A stretch of 63,432 nucleotides of DNA, filler included, from 7 parts of 7 records of this genome joined end to end with filler, not necessarily neighbours in it, one strand, 5' to 3'. Shown: positions 9,918 through 21,203, counted from the first letter of the whole stretch. Notes: a model not told the origin generated them from the sequence alone. Numbers and translations are program-made.

Positions 9918-10688
9918 ATGAAAACGAAAGAAGAGATTGTTAAAAACTGGTTGCCGCGCTACACTGGCCAGCCTTTGGAGTATTTTGGAAAGTATATTTT
10001 GCTGACCAATTTCAAGAATTACGTGCATCTCTTTGCCGAATGGAATAACGTGCAGGTGACCGGGGCAAATAACACCTGGCAATGCGCTACTGCAGATGGA
10101 ATCACAATCATCAATTTTGGAATGGGCAGCCCAAACGCCGCTACCGTCATTGACCTCCTCGGGGCGATTGAGCCCGAAGCGGTATTGTTTCTTGGAAAAT
10201 GTGGTGGTTTGAAAATGAAAAACCAGGTAGGTGATTTGATTCTCCCTATTGCTGCCATTCGTGGTGAAGGAACCAGCGACGATTACATGCCGAAGGAAGT
10301 ACCGGCATTACCGGCCTTTGCCTTGCAAAAGGTAATATCCGCCGCTATTCGTGATTATGGCAGTGACTACTGGACAGGAACCGTGTACACGACCAACCGA
10401 CGCGTGTGGGAGCACGACACAAAATTTAAGAAATACTTAAAAAAGCTGCGATCCATGGCCATAGACATGGAAACAGCCACTATTTTTACTACGGCCTTCG
10501 TCAATGAAATACCTGCAGGTGCCTTGTTGCTCGTGTCCGATATTCCAATGATTCCAGAAGGCGTGAAAACAGATGCCAGCGATAAAAAAGTAACGGAATC
10601 TTTCGTAAATGATCACCTAAAGATTGGTATCGATTCGTTGAAAAAACTAATCAACAATTCTACTACCGTGAAGCACCTAAAGTTTTAA
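9918..10688 (+). CDS. amn: AMP nucleosidase (Bacteroidota type, PNP/UDP fold)
   Basis: MKTKEEIVKNWLPRYTG start, GMGSPNAA, LGKCGG, RGEGTS, IDMETAT. Confidence 0.9.
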   Translation: MKTKEEIVKNWLPRYTGQPLEYFGKYILLTNFKNYVHLFAEWNNVQVTGANNTWQCATADGITIINFGMGSPNAATVIDLLGAIEPEAVLFLGKCGGLKMKNQVGDLILPIAAIRGEGTSDDYMPKEVPALPAFALQKVISAAIRDYGSDYWTGTVYTTNRRVWEHDTKFKKYLKKLRSMAIDMETATIFTTAFVNEIPAGALLLVSDIPMIPEGVKTDASDKKVTESFVNDHLKIGIDSLKKLINNSTTVKHLKF

Positions 10689-10689
10689 G

Positions 10690-11475
10690 GTGAATACCAC
10701 TTCAATGAATACAGCCTACAGCACCTACGGTTCAGGCAGCAAAGTGCTGGTTGCCTTTCATGGTTATGGCATGGATGGTAGCCAGTTTCAAATATTGGAA
10801 AAAAGTCTCTGCTCCTCCTATCGGGTGATCGGATTCCACCTGCCCTACCATAAAAATGGATTGCATTCCCACGAAGGATGGCTGGAATCTTTGGCGGTTG
10901 AGATTGAGGCGATTTTGTACCGGTTGAATGTCACCCGCTTTTCCATTGCGGGTTATTCCATTGGTTCCAAAGTGGCGCTTCATTTGACCAATTCCTTCAA
11001 AGACCGGATTGACCGGATGTATTTGTTTGCGCCTTATGGAATTGAAAACCACTGGGGCTTGCGTTTTGTGACTAAGGGAATCGGTAATCTCTTTTTTCGG
11101 TCCATTCTAAAAACGAAACTGCCTATCCACATTATGCGATTGGTCAGGAACCTGAGGATCATTGACGAATTGCATTTTCAGATTATCCTGAAAGAAATGG
11201 ACACTAAGGGTAAACGGACAAGCCTGTGCAAAACGCTCCATATGGCCGGCCAGATCCGAATCGACAAAAAGGCACTGGTCAGGAACCTAAACGAACGGAG
11301 TATCCAAACCGACATTATTTATGGGCAAAGCGATGTGTTGTTTCCTTACAACAAACGAAATGAACGGCTGCTGACTCAGCTGCATCGAAATAGAACCCAC
11401 ATGGTGGGGGAAGGGCATTGGATGATTACCAAAAAACTGGATGACATTTTATGTCAAAAAGCTGTCGAAGCATGA
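10690..11475 (+). CDS. Alpha/beta hydrolase; start may be 10705
   Basis: FHGYG oxyanion motif, GYSIG nucleophile, candidate Asp (QSDVL) and His (GHW). Confidence 0.85.
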   Translation: MNTTSMNTAYSTYGSGSKVLVAFHGYGMDGSQFQILEKSLCSSYRVIGFHLPYHKNGLHSHEGWLESLAVEIEAILYRLNVTRFSIAGYSIGSKVALHLTNSFKDRIDRMYLFAPYGIENHWGLRFVTKGIGNLFFRSILKTKLPIHIMRLVRNLRIIDELHFQIILKEMDTKGKRTSLCKTLHMAGQIRIDKKALVRNLNERSIQTDIIYGQSDVLFPYNKRNERLLTQLHRNRTHMVGEGHWMITKKLDDILCQKAVEA

Positions 11476-12092
11476 TTCGGGATAAAAAAATAGAATGGAT
11501 TAAGCAGAGTTTTTATTGGTTCGAATCGAAAATTATTTTTCCTCGAAAATTTAATAAAATCAAAGTAAAGGGAGTTGACATCCGGCCCAATCATTCGGTG
11601 CTGCTGCTTCAAAATCACTTCTCGTGGTGGGACGGTTTTCTGGGAACCTATCTGGCTTATAAGGTATTGGGGAAGAGCTATCACGTGATGGTGCAGGAAG
11701 ACCAGCTAAAAAAGCATGGCTACCTGCGCTACAAAGGCGCCTTTTCCATCAAAAAAAACTCACGGGAAATCATGCAATCGCTGGAATACACGGCACAGCT
11801 TCTAGCCGATCCGAATAACATGGTGCTGGTTTTCCCTCAAGGAAAACTCCAGTCCATGCACACGGAGGAGATCAAAATCGAGAAGGGTGTAACCAAGCTC
11901 ATAGAAGGTATTGAAGCCGACTGTCAGGTGATTTACAGTGCTGTGGTGGTAGACTATCTGGAAAGCTTCAAGCCGTCTATCACATTCCATTTGCTCGATT
12001 GCGGAACGGCCCGCGACATCCAGCCGGAGCAAATGCAAACCCGCATTTCCAGCTTTCACAAAGAGGCTCTGCGGAGTGGGATCAGGAAATAA
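11472..12092 (+). CDS. PlsC-family lysophospholipid acyltransferase
   Basis: NHFSWWD (HX4D) and FPQG motifs; ATGA overlap with the upstream hydrolase. Confidence 0.85.
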   Translation: MIRDKKIEWIKQSFYWFESKIIFPRKFNKIKVKGVDIRPNHSVLLLQNHFSWWDGFLGTYLAYKVLGKSYHVMVQEDQLKKHGYLRYKGAFSIKKNSREIMQSLEYTAQLLADPNNMVLVFPQGKLQSMHTEEIKIEKGVTKLIEGIEADCQVIYSAVVVDYLESFKPSITFHLLDCGTARDIQPEQMQTRISSFHKEALRSGIRK

Positions 12093-12170
12093 ATTGGGGT
12101 AGATTAGTAGAAACGTAATGCCGGTGTGTGAATTGTGTTTTATATTCAGGCTTTATCTTGCATACCACCC

Positions 12171-12695
12171 ATGAGACAGTCTCTATTGACTTTATCATTA
12201 CTGCTATCAACTCTGTCCTCTTTTGGACAAGGATTTAACGAACGGAATCCTGACATTACGTCTTTTGTGAGTAAAATAAACGCTGATCTCATCTCCTCAA
12301 AAAAAATAACGGTTGAGAACGAAGAACTAATGGAGCAACAGACCGATGGAGGTGGTGAGCTTACTGGCTATTTCACGAACGGAGAAATACGGAAAATGGA
12401 GCTTCGTGTTGGACTTTCATATGGAATTACCGAAATCCAATTCTACTTTAAAGACTCGAATCTATATTTTGTCTTGGAAACAATTAGACAATTCAAATAC
12501 AACGAGGAAACAGGAACATTCGACTACTCCAAAACTGAGCTGACATTTAGCGGTCAATATCTTTTCGTGAACCCTTTTGATTATGAGACTCTTGGCCACA
12601 ATAGATTCGAGAACGATGACCTTGACCCTCAGGAAGTACTTACAGAAGAAGCTAAAGCGTACCTAACAATCTTAGCCAAAAAGAACACAAAATAA
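12171..12695 (+). CDS. Exported hypothetical protein
   Basis: Signal peptide MRQSLLTLSLLLSTLSSFGQ; beta-rich body. Confidence 0.7.
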   Translation: MRQSLLTLSLLLSTLSSFGQGFNERNPDITSFVSKINADLISSKKITVENEELMEQQTDGGGELTGYFTNGEIRKMELRVGLSYGITEIQFYFKDSNLYFVLETIRQFKYNEETGTFDYSKTELTFSGQYLFVNPFDYETLGHNRFENDDLDPQEVLTEEAKAYLTILAKKNTK

Positions 12696-12731
12696 CCAGC
12701 CTATAACCCAGATCCCCTAACCTTTTGCAAA

Positions 12732-13202
12732 ATGATAGTTACAAACTCTGTTAATATTGAAAAGAATAAATTCTTCAAAATATTGCTTGTAAGGTATCTT
12801 AAAACTCGTTGGCCTCTTTATGGATCCGTTTTACTGATTGCTATTTATATAAGTCAAAAAGATATTAGCGGTGATATTGACTCCTTTTTCTTAACCATAT
12901 GCCTGCTATATCCACTCATTATAGTTTTTCAATTCTGGCGGTGGGTAAACACCAAGGAGAATCAAATATTCTTCAAAGAAAGAACCTATGAAATAGATCA
13001 GGATAAAATCACCGGAAAAACCGATGAAAAAAACTTTTCAACGATTGAAAAGCAGCACTTTATCAAAGCAGATACTATTCTGAATACCTATCTGCTTTAC
13101 ATCTCTAAAAGTCAGTTCTTTTATTTTCCATTTGACTCCTTTCAATCCGAAGAAGACCGTAAATGGTTTCAGGACAATTACATTGACTGGATAACAAAAT
13201 AA
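12732..13202 (+). CDS. YcxB-like membrane protein
   Basis: Two TM helices followed by a PH-like tail ending YFPFDSFQSEEDRKWF. Confidence 0.65.
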   Translation: MIVTNSVNIEKNKFFKILLVRYLKTRWPLYGSVLLIAIYISQKDISGDIDSFFLTICLLYPLIIVFQFWRWVNTKENQIFFKERTYEIDQDKITGKTDEKNFSTIEKQHFIKADTILNTYLLYISKSQFFYFPFDSFQSEEDRKWFQDNYIDWITK

Positions 13203-13259
13203 AATTTCCTAAACCGAAATAGAAGTTTGATTGGCCATTTTGGTAATCACTAAAAAGCC

Positions 13260-13906
13260 TTACTCCTTCGCAATCTTAAGTATCGCTTTTTTGAGTTCTT
13301 CCTCTGGTCGGATGATGGAGAAGTCTTCCCAATATTCTGTGTCCTGCAGCCCGGCTATTTTATCTGAAAAGAGCTCCCGCTGATTGGTTCGGATGGATTT
13401 TCCCAACATAAGCGAGCCGTCGCTCAGCGGTTTTTTATCCGTCACTACCAACTCTGTAGTCGCATGGAAGCGACTGTTAAATAACTTGCGTTTCCAATTC
13501 ACCTTCATCTCAATTTCGTTGCGCACATAATCCAAAAACCACATGCCACCCGATTCCCTATACCGAACTTCATAAGCCAGTTTTTCAGGGGTGAGTATCG
13601 CCAACGAAGGCTTTTGATGCACCAATTCTTCACCGGCAGATTGCAGCAAGGCTTTTGGAACGGCAAATACCACTGCTGCCACTGCAAAGCTTTTTTCGTC
13701 GATATAGATCACCCCTTCGTACAGGAAATTCTCCGATTCCGGTCGCTCCTTGAAACTGAGCACATACGACCTCCTACCATCGATCAGCTGAATGCCATCG
13801 AAGCTGTACTCGTATTTTTCCAAATAGGTCGCGCCAAGCACCCTTCCGGGGTTTTTGACAATGTCCAGCAGCATCATCGTGTTGGGGCCACCCATTACCT
13901 TGAAGG
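13260..13906 (-). CDS. C-terminal part of a carboxypeptidase-regulatory-domain-type Bacteroidota protein (5'-partial)
   Basis: YEGVIYID and DTEYWEDFSIIRPEEEL tail; runs off the contig end. Confidence 0.65.
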
Positions 13907-14006
13907 NNNNNNNNNNNNNNNNNNNNNNNNNNNNNNNNNNNNNNNNNNNNTTAATTAATTAANNNNNNNNNNNNNNNNNNNNNNNNNNNNNNNNNNNNNN
14001 NNNNNN
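13907..14006. other. Artificial contig spacer
   Basis: 44 N + TTAATTAATTAA (stops in all six frames) + 44 N. Confidence 0.99.
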
Positions 14007-14028
14007 TACCAGACTGCTCCACCCCGCA
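14007..14028 (-). tRNA. 5' fragment of initiator tRNA-Met, cut by the contig end
   Basis: Minus strand reads TGCGGGGTGGAGCAGTCTGGTA, the acceptor and D-arm start of tRNA-fMet; the anticodon is not visible. Confidence 0.75.
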
Positions 14029-14073
14029 TCAAACTGGTTGTTTACCGGGGTTCCCCCCGATCAACGTGCGCGT

Positions 14074-14102
14074 ATACTAAGGATTCGACCGGAGCCTGTC
14101 AA
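14074..14102 (-). promoter_or_regulatory. Sigma70 promoter for the tRNA
   Basis: TTGACA-17 nt-TAGTAT followed by the GC-rich discriminator ACGCGCAC; the -35 overlaps the rnhB stop codon. Confidence 0.75.
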
Positions 14103-14776
14103 TCGATATTTTCAAACAAGTCGCCAGGATATTGCAGTTCCTGATCCGCGTCGCGGCTGTACAAACCCACGGCATCAATCGCTTCCTGAACCGGGCGGAA
14201 TGAGCGACGATGGTGAGCGGTTGCACCCAATCTACCAAGCGCTTCGAGGTGTACGGGCGTCGGATAACCCTTGTGGCCTGCAAAGCCGTACTCAGGGAAT
14301 TCCTCATGGAGCACAGCCATCTCCCTGTCACGAGTCACCTTGGCGACAATGGACGCCGCACTGATGGCCTCCACCCGGCTGTCGCCCTTCACCACTGGCT
14401 CAGAGGTCCAACGCCATTTGGGGCAGCGGTTACCGTCCACCAGTACATATTCCGGCTCGACATGCAGGCCCGCCACGGCACGCTCCATAGCCACCATCGT
14501 TGCCTGGAAGATGTTCAGCCTGTCAATCTCATCGGCCTCACAGCGCCCCAGGCTCCAGGATACTGCACGCTCAATGATCTGCTCGTAAAGAGCCTCACGG
14601 CGCTTGTCCGTCAGCTTTTTCGAATCTGCCAGGCCCGGTATTGGCTTTTCCGGGTTCAGGATAACCGCGGCCGTCACCACAGCCCCAACCAACGGCCCGC
14701 GTCCCACTTCGTCCACACCGGCCAATAGTCGCCCCTGATATTGGCACTCAAACGGCGGTAAGGGGCGCTTACTCAT
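14099..14776 (-). CDS. rnhB: Ribonuclease HII
   Basis: [24 protein letters not shown]; follows lpxB. Confidence 0.97.
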   Translation of the reverse strand: MSKRPLPPFECQYQGRLLAGVDEVGRGPLVGAVVTAAVILNPEKPIPGLADSKKLTDKRREALYEQIIERAVSWSLGRCEADEIDRLNIFQATMVAMERAVAGLHVEPEYVLVDGNRCPKWRWTSEPVVKGDSRVEAISAASIVAKVTRDREMAVLHEEFPEYGFAGHKGYPTPVHLEALGRLGATAHHRRSFRPVQEAIDAVGLYSRDADQELQYPGDLFENID

Positions 14777-15957
14777 ACTGTTCCGCCTTCTATCAATGCG
14801 GAGATGGCTGCAGCAGACTGCTCGTCAGCCCCCTGTCGCAACTGTTCATGCAATTGTGAAAAAGCGGCTGTCAACCGGGCGCGTTCGGATTCATTTTCAA
14901 GGCGCTCAAGCACGGCTTCTCCGAGAGACTCGGGCGAAGCATCATCCTGCAATAGTTCCGGAACCAGTTGTTCCTTGGCCAGCAGGTTTGGCAAGGCCAC
15001 ATAAGGCACCTTGACCAGCCTTGAGACCAATGCATAGCTGACACGACTCAACCGGTAACCCACCACCATGGGCTTCTTCAGCAACATGGCTTCCAGAGTG
15101 GCGGTTCCGGACGCAAGCAATACCACGTCGGACGATGCCATCACCTCTCTCGAACGGCCTCGCACAATGGTCACCGCCAGTTTCACGTCCAGGGCGTCTA
15201 CCAGTGCCCGAACCTGCTTTTCCCGATCCCGGTTTACGCAAGGAATCACCAGTTGCAAATCCGGACGCCTGCCCTGGATCCAACGGGCGGCCTCCAGAAA
15301 AAGAGTACCCAGGCGCTCCACTTCCCCGCCCCGGCTCCCCGGAAGAATGGCCAGCACCGGCGCATCTTCCAGAAGCCCCAGGGACTGACGGGCACCAGCT
15401 GTATCAGGCATCATTGGAATGCGGTCCGCCAGGGGGTGCCCTACAAAGGCCACGGGCACGCCGTGCTCTTCGTAGAAACGGGCCTCAAACGGGAACAGGG
15501 TAAGCATAAGGTTGACAGATTTGGCGATCGTGAAGATCCGCTTTTGCCGCCAGGCCCAGACGGACGGGCTAACATAATGGGCGGTCGGAATACCGGCATC
15601 ACGACACCTGCGCTCAATACCCAGGGTAAAGTCCGGGGAGTCGATACCAATGACGACGTCCGGCGGTGTCGCCAGCAGGTAGTTCATCAGCCGTGCGCGA
15701 ATATCGAACAGCTCCCGTATTCGCCCGAGCACTTCGACGAGCCCCATCACTGACAGCCGTTCCATAGGAACGAGAGAGTGGAAGCCTTCCGCGATCATTT
15801 CATCGCCACCAATGCCGACAAACCGCGCGTTCGGATACCTGAGCCGCAGGGAACGGATCAGACCGGCGCCGAGGATATCTCCTGACGCCTCTCCGGCCAC
15901 GATGGCGAAAGTCACTTTGCGGGTGCTGGCTACAGAGTTTTCGTGATGGTCCGTCAC
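14773..15957 (-). CDS. lpxB: Lipid-A-disaccharide synthase; start uncertain
   Basis: [28 protein letters not shown]. Confidence 0.96.
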   Translation of the reverse strand: MTDHHENSVASTRKVTFAIVAGEASGDILGAGLIRSLRLRYPNARFVGIGGDEMIAEGFHSLVPMERLSVMGLVEVLGRIRELFDIRARLMNYLLATPPDVVIGIDSPDFTLGIERRCRDAGIPTAHYVSPSVWAWRQKRIFTIAKSVNLMLTLFPFEARFYEEHGVPVAFVGHPLADRIPMMPDTAGARQSLGLLEDAPVLAILPGSRGGEVERLGTLFLEAARWIQGRRPDLQLVIPCVNRDREKQVRALVDALDVKLAVTIVRGRSREVMASSDVVLLASGTATLEAMLLKKPMVVGYRLSRVSYALVSRLVKVPYVALPNLLAKEQLVPELLQDDASPESLGEAVLERLENESERARLTAAFSQLHEQLRQGADEQSAAAISALIEGGTV

Positions 15958-15976
15958 CGGGGCATTCACTCCCTGG

Positions 15977-16771
15977 TTAGCGGATGATGCCGCGGTGTGC
16001 ACCACGAAGGGAATCGATCAGGGGCGTCACTTCGGGAATATCGGAGTAGGCTTTTTCGAGCTCTTCAACGGCTTGTTCCGTAGTCAGGCCCTGACGATAG
16101 ATAACCTTGTAAGCACGACGGAGTGCCAACAACACCTCCTTGCTGAAACCACGGCGGCGCAAGCCTTCCACGTTCATGCCAAACGGCTGTGCAGATTGCC
16201 CGCTTGCCATGATGTACGCAGGGATGTCTTTCAGCACAATACTTCCACCAGCACTCATGCTGTGGGTTCCAATGTGACAGAACTGATGAACCATGGTGCC
16301 GCCACCCAGTATCGCGAAGTCACCAACGGACACATGGCCGGCCAATGTCGCACAATTGGCCAGGATGGTGTTATTGCCAATAATGCAGTCATGCGCCACA
16401 TGCACGTAGGCCATGAGCAGATTGCCATTGCCGATACAGGTTTCACCACGATCCTGAACCGTGCCCCGATGAATGGTGCAGTTCTCACGGATGATATTGT
16501 CATCACCAATAACCAGCGTGGTTGGCTCACCCGCGTATTTTTTGTCCTGGCATTCTTCCCCGACACTGGAAAACTGAAATATGCGGTTATTGCGGCCGAT
16601 TCTCGTTGGGCCCTTGATGACCACGTGGGACATCACTTCAGTCCCCTCTCCGATCTCAACGTTCGGGCCGATGTAGCTCCATGGGCCAACCGTTACGTTG
16701 TCGGCAAGCTTGGCAGAGGGGTCCACAATCGCCTGAGGATGGACTCCCGACCATTCTTTTGTCGCCATCAA
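15977..16771 (-). CDS. lpxA: UDP-GlcNAc O-acyltransferase
   Basis: Hexapeptide repeats, QDKKY, HVAHDC. Confidence 0.97.
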   Translation of the reverse strand: MMATKEWSGVHPQAIVDPSAKLADNVTVGPWSYIGPNVEIGEGTEVMSHVVIKGPTRIGRNNRIFQFSSVGEECQDKKYAGEPTTLVIGDDNIIRENCTIHRGTVQDRGETCIGNGNLLMAYVHVAHDCIIGNNTILANCATLAGHVSVGDFAILGGGTMVHQFCHIGTHSMSAGGSIVLKDIPAYIMASGQSAQPFGMNVEGLRRRGFSKEVLLALRRAYKVIYRQGLTTEQAVEELEKAYSDIPEVTPLIDSLRGAHRGIIR

Positions 16772-17205
16772 ACTTCTCTCTCAGCGGTCAATATTTCTGC
16801 CACACAGACGACTTCATCATCAACCAGTGCGCGGCACTCGAATTTATAGATTCCACGCTTTCCGGAAATAACCTGTGACTCCATGCACAGCCTGTCCCCC
16901 GGCACCACGGGGCGCTTGAAACGCGCTTTACTGGAACCAGCCAGGTATTGTACCACGCCGTCTGAGGGTTTCCGGCCAACCGTCACAAAGCCGAGAATAC
17001 CTGAAAGCTGCGCCATGGCTTCGATGATCAGCACGCCCGGCATAATGGGGTTATTGGGAAAGTGGCCGGTAAAAAAAGGCTCATTAAGGGAGATATTCTT
17101 ATAGCCCTTGATGAATTGTCCTTTTTCCAGCTCTGTTACCCGATCAACCAGCAAAAACGGGTAGCGATGGGGCAGGTATTCCATGATCTCGTCGATATAC
17201 ATCAT
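16768..17205 (-). CDS. fabZ: 3-hydroxyacyl-ACP dehydratase
   Basis: [26 protein letters not shown]. Confidence 0.97.
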   Translation of the reverse strand: MMYIDEIMEYLPHRYPFLLVDRVTELEKGQFIKGYKNISLNEPFFTGHFPNNPIMPGVLIIEAMAQLSGILGFVTVGRKPSDGVVQYLAGSSKARFKRPVVPGDRLCMESQVISGKRGIYKFECRALVDDEVVCVAEILTAEREV

Positions 17206-17216
17206 CAGTAGCGGCC

Positions 17217-18242
17217 TCAGCCTTCCATTTTCTTTTCCAGTTCTTTAAGCCGACGCGCCAAGGCATCAAGCTGACGGAAACGCACAGCATTTTTACGCCA
17301 TTGCCGGTTGCTGTCGGCGCTGGTTCCAGACGAATACACACCGGGCTCCCGAATGTCACCAGAAACCAGCGTCATGCCGGTCAGGTGGACCTGATCCGCA
17401 ATCGTAAGGTGCCCTGCCACACCCGATTGGCCGCCAAAAACACAGTGGCTGCCAATACGTGTGCTACCCGCGATACCCACCATCGCCGCCATGGCACTGT
17501 GATCACCAATACTGACGTTGTGCGCAATCTGAATCAGGTTATCGAGCTTCACGCCATCGCCAATGATCGTGTCGTCCAAGGCTCCCCGATCAATTGTGGT
17601 GTTCGCACCCACTTCAACATCGTCCCCCAGAATGACCCGGCCAAGTTGGGCTATTCGATGCCAGGCTCCTTTCTCATTAGCAAACCCGAAACCGTCGGAA
17701 CCGATGACCGCACCACTGAGGATATGGCAACGCATCCCCATAACGATATCGTGGGCCAGGGTTACCCGTGGACGCAGTATAGTCTGCTCGCCAATCTGAC
17801 ACCGGGCTCCAATAACACAGCCGGCGCCCACGACAACGTTTTCGCCCACGACAGCCTCAGCCTCAATAACAGCCTGAGGGCCGATGCAGGCCGTATCCGA
17901 GACCCTCGCGGAAGACGCCACAACGGCCGACGGGTGAATACCAGGCTCTGGAACCGGCGCCGGGTCAAACCAATGGCTCAGGCGAGCATAGCCGAGGTAG
18001 GGGTTATCCAGTAACAGGACGTTGGTAGGACACTGGTCCGCAGTCGATTGCGAGAGTATAACCGCTGAAGCGCTGGTCTCCGTCAGGTAGCGACCATACG
18101 ACGGGTTGGCCAGGAAGGCTATCTGGCCCGGAGAAGCCGCCTGAAGCGTCGCAAGCCCGTTGATTTCCGTATCGGGATTGCCCTTGAGCTCCGCGCCAAG
18201 CTCAGAAGCAATGTCGCCCAGCCGGTACGAACGCTTTGTCAT
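17217..18242 (-). CDS. lpxD: UDP-3-O-acylglucosamine N-acyltransferase
   Basis: [22 protein letters not shown]. Confidence 0.97.
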   Translation of the reverse strand: MTKRSYRLGDIASELGAELKGNPDTEINGLATLQAASPGQIAFLANPSYGRYLTETSASAVILSQSTADQCPTNVLLLDNPYLGYARLSHWFDPAPVPEPGIHPSAVVASSARVSDTACIGPQAVIEAEAVVGENVVVGAGCVIGARCQIGEQTILRPRVTLAHDIVMGMRCHILSGAVIGSDGFGFANEKGAWHRIAQLGRVILGDDVEVGANTTIDRGALDDTIIGDGVKLDNLIQIAHNVSIGDHSAMAAMVGIAGSTRIGSHCVFGGQSGVAGHLTIADQVHLTGMTLVSGDIREPGVYSSGTSADSNRQWRKNAVRFRQLDALARRLKELEKKMEG

Positions 18243-18292
18243 TGTCAGCTCCACAAGGTTTATCCGGGCGGGCCATTATCCGGCCCTCCGTA

Positions 18293-18790
18293 TCAGCGGT
18301 CCAGTTTCTCTAGCAACTCTTCTGTCAGATTCATTTCAGGCTTGACATACACCACCGCCTCGCTGGGCAGGATCATGTCCAGATTGTTCTCTTCCAGGAG
18401 CTCCTTAACCGCTGCGTCTACCTCCGGGCGGGCTTCTTCGAGGAACTGTTGCTTGCGATTGGCCACAGTGGAGTCCAGGCGCTGCTTGAGGAAATTGAAT
18501 TCCTTAACTTTCTCCTGGAACTCAGCAGCCATCTGTTGGCGCTCGGACTCATTCATCATGGCACCGTCTTTCTCAAGCCGTTCCTTGAGCTTGCGGGCGG
18601 CCTCCTGGGCTTCACGAACCTTGGCTTCCTCTCCAGCGAAATCTTTCTGCAGTGTCTCGCTGAACGCGCGCGCATCGCTGGACGAGAACAAGGCCTGGCG
18701 AAGGTCAACCACACCTATTCTGGTTTCGGCAGCAGCCGGGAATGCGATCAGCAGCATTGACAGAATCGCTGCAACGGAATATCGGAACAT
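18293..18790 (-). CDS. skp: OmpH/Skp periplasmic chaperone
   Basis: Signal peptide, RIGVVD, coiled coil; lies between bamA and lpxD; AGGAGA RBS. Confidence 0.92.
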   Translation of the reverse strand: MFRYSVAAILSMLLIAFPAAAETRIGVVDLRQALFSSSDARAFSETLQKDFAGEEAKVREAQEAARKLKERLEKDGAMMNESERQQMAAEFQEKVKEFNFLKQRLDSTVANRKQQFLEEARPEVDAAVKELLEENNLDMILPSEAVVYVKPEMNLTEELLEKLDR

Positions 18791-18841
18791 GTTATTTCTC
18801 CTGTTTATCATTGTCTTTCGCACCCCCTCCGGCCCTGACGA

Positions 18842-21160
18842 TCAGAAGGTCTGGCCGAGGGAGAACTGGAACACCTGAGTGTCATCACCGCTCTTGTCGT
18901 TCAAGGGTTTGGCAAGACTGAACGCCAGCGGTCCTACTGCCGTGATCCACTGGAATCCTACACCGGCCGACAGGCGAATTTCATCCAGGGCCGGATCAAA
19001 ATTCCTATCGGCATCAAAAACCTGCCCCGCATCCACGAAGAACGCGGTTCTCATGGAACGGGTATCCCCAGCAAACGGTGTGGGGAAAATCAGTTCCAGG
19101 CTGCCTTCCGTCAACAAGCTACCACCGAAGGGGTCCGGATCAGAGAAGTCGTTCGGCGCATTGGTAGCAAGTGGGCCGAGAGAGTTTGCCTCATATCCGC
19201 GCACCGAACCATAGCCACCGGCGTAGAAGTGCTCGTAGAACGGCATCACGCTTCGGCCGTTGTAACCGTCCCCGTAACCAATCTCCGAACGCGCCCTGAA
19301 TACCCAGGTCTGATTATCGTTCAGTGGTTGGTAGAACTCGGTTTTCTGATTCAGCTTATAGAATGTCAGGTCGCTGCCGGGCACCGCTACATCAGCGGAT
19401 AACGACAGGCTATAGCCGTCCGTTGGAAGAACACCCCTATTTAGTGTGCTGCGCCGCCACGAACCGAACAGGAAATAGTTGTTGAAATCGTTGCCTTCTT
19501 CATCAATGAAGGTTTTGACCTCTTCTGAGGTGAATGCACCCTCCTTCACCTTGGACAACGTATAACCAAGCCCGAAATTAAGGCGGGTAATGTTGTCCGT
19601 AGGATAACCGAAGGTGAGGCGGCCGCCGTACTCATCCAGCAGGTAAGAGGAAATATCCTGTTCTTCAAAGTCGGTTTCACGGGCAAACACGCTGAAACCA
19701 CGGCTGACGCCATCCACGGTGTAGTATGGGTCCTGGTAGGAAAAATTGGCACTCTTGATGGAGTCACTGACGTTGACGCCAAAGGAGACACGCTTGCCGC
19801 TGCCAAAGAAGTTGTTCTCGGACACGTTAGCGCCCAGGATTACCCCGGAGGCCTGCGAGAAGCCGACAGACGCCGACAGACTGCCGGTTGCCTGTTCCGC
19901 CACGGAATAGTTAACGTCCACCAAATCATCCGTACCGGGCACAGGAACCGTCTCCACATCGACGGTTTCGAAGAAGCCAAGCCGCTCCAACTTTGTTTTC
20001 GAGAATTCGATCCGGTCGGTGGAGGCGACGCCACCTTCCATCTGGGTCATTTCCTGGCGCAACACATCGTCCCGGGTGGAGACGTTGCCATCAAAATTGA
20101 TGCGCCGGACATACGCCCGCTTACCAGGCTCCACGAAGAAGGTTACTGACGCTGTATTGTCATCGGCAGGCTCCGGCACCGCATTCACGTTTGCAAACGC
20201 ATAACCTTCGCGGCCAAGACGACGGGAAAGCGCTTCCGAAATCGCCGTCATCCGGGAACGAGAGAACACGTCGCCCTCTTCAATGGGAATAAGCTCCCGC
20301 AGCTCTTCCTCAGGTACGATCAGCTCACCGCGCAGGTTGACGTCTGACACCGTGTATTGAGGCCCCTCGTTCAACGAGATGGCAATAAACACCTGTTTCT
20401 TGTCGGGGGATATCGAGACCTGGCTGGACTCAACCGTAAAGTCGATGTAGCCGCGGTCAAGGTAGAAGGACCGCAGTGACTCCAGGTCGCCGCTCAGGCG
20501 CTCCCGGGCATACTTGTCAGCACTGGTGATGGAATTCCACCAACTGGTGGTCTGGAGCTCAAACAGATCCAGCAGCCGCTCGTCGTCAAACGCGTCGTTA
20601 CCCACAATATTGATGTGCTGGATAGCCGCAACCGTACCTTCGTTAATGTCCAGCTTGATGGCAACGCGATTGCGGGGAAGGTCCTCGGCGGTGGCTTTCA
20701 CCCGCGCGTTGTAACGACCCTGACTGATGTAGGACCGGAGAATCTCAAGCTCCAGTCGCTCAAGGGTCGCCCTGCGAAATACCTGCCCCTCCTGGAGACC
20801 CGCTCCGGATAGCGCATCCATCAGCATGGGGGTTTCGATGTTCTTGTTGCCTTCAATGTCTATGGACGTGATTGAAGGTCGCTCCTGAACCGTAAGGATC
20901 AGCACACCACCATCACGGCTGGCTTTGATATCGGTAAACAGGCCGGTGCGAAACAGGTCTTTGATCGCATCGGACAGCTCCACCTCATCGACCGGCTCCC
21001 CGATCGAAACGGGAAATGCGGAAAATACCGTCCCTGCGGATACCCGCTGAAGGCCTTCTACCTCGATATCGGATACGGTGAATTCATCAGCCAGTGCCGG
21101 TTTTATGGTTGAGGTGGCGACTACCAAGCCTACAGCTATACCCAGAAGAGAACGTCTCAT
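18842..21160 (-). CDS. bamA: Outer membrane protein assembly factor
   Basis: POTRA repeats, VRGY motif, C-terminal FQFSLGQTF. Confidence 0.97.
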   Translation of the reverse strand: MRRSLLGIAVGLVVATSTIKPALADEFTVSDIEVEGLQRVSAGTVFSAFPVSIGEPVDEVELSDAIKDLFRTGLFTDIKASRDGGVLILTVQERPSITSIDIEGNKNIETPMLMDALSGAGLQEGQVFRRATLERLELEILRSYISQGRYNARVKATAEDLPRNRVAIKLDINEGTVAAIQHINIVGNDAFDDERLLDLFELQTTSWWNSITSADKYARERLSGDLESLRSFYLDRGYIDFTVESSQVSISPDKKQVFIAISLNEGPQYTVSDVNLRGELIVPEEELRELIPIEEGDVFSRSRMTAISEALSRRLGREGYAFANVNAVPEPADDNTASVTFFVEPGKRAYVRRINFDGNVSTRDDVLRQEMTQMEGGVASTDRIEFSKTKLERLGFFETVDVETVPVPGTDDLVDVNYSVAEQATGSLSASVGFSQASGVILGANVSENNFFGSGKRVSFGVNVSDSIKSANFSYQDPYYTVDGVSRGFSVFARETDFEEQDISSYLLDEYGGRLTFGYPTDNITRLNFGLGYTLSKVKEGAFTSEEVKTFIDEEGNDFNNYFLFGSWRRSTLNRGVLPTDGYSLSLSADVAVPGSDLTFYKLNQKTEFYQPLNDNQTWVFRARSEIGYGDGYNGRSVMPFYEHFYAGGYGSVRGYEANSLGPLATNAPNDFSDPDPFGGSLLTEGSLELIFPTPFAGDTRSMRTAFFVDAGQVFDADRNFDPALDEIRLSAGVGFQWITAVGPLAFSLAKPLNDKSGDDTQVFQFSLGQTF

Positions 21161-21203
21161 TCAATAATTTCGCCTGTTGATGCGCGTAAGGAGTTCGCAA
21201 TTC

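Noticed and set aside
12690..12712. TAACCAGCCTATAAC after a stop codon, reminiscent of a cassette recombination-site start
   Set aside because: No complementary second half, no repetition and no integrase
13614..13958. ORFs running into N spacers (also at 39569, 47930, 51588 and 59836)
   Set aside because: Artefacts of the linker
13951..13962. TTAATTAATTAA repeated six times
   Set aside because: Synthetic all-frame stop linker, not a biological repeat or CRISPR array
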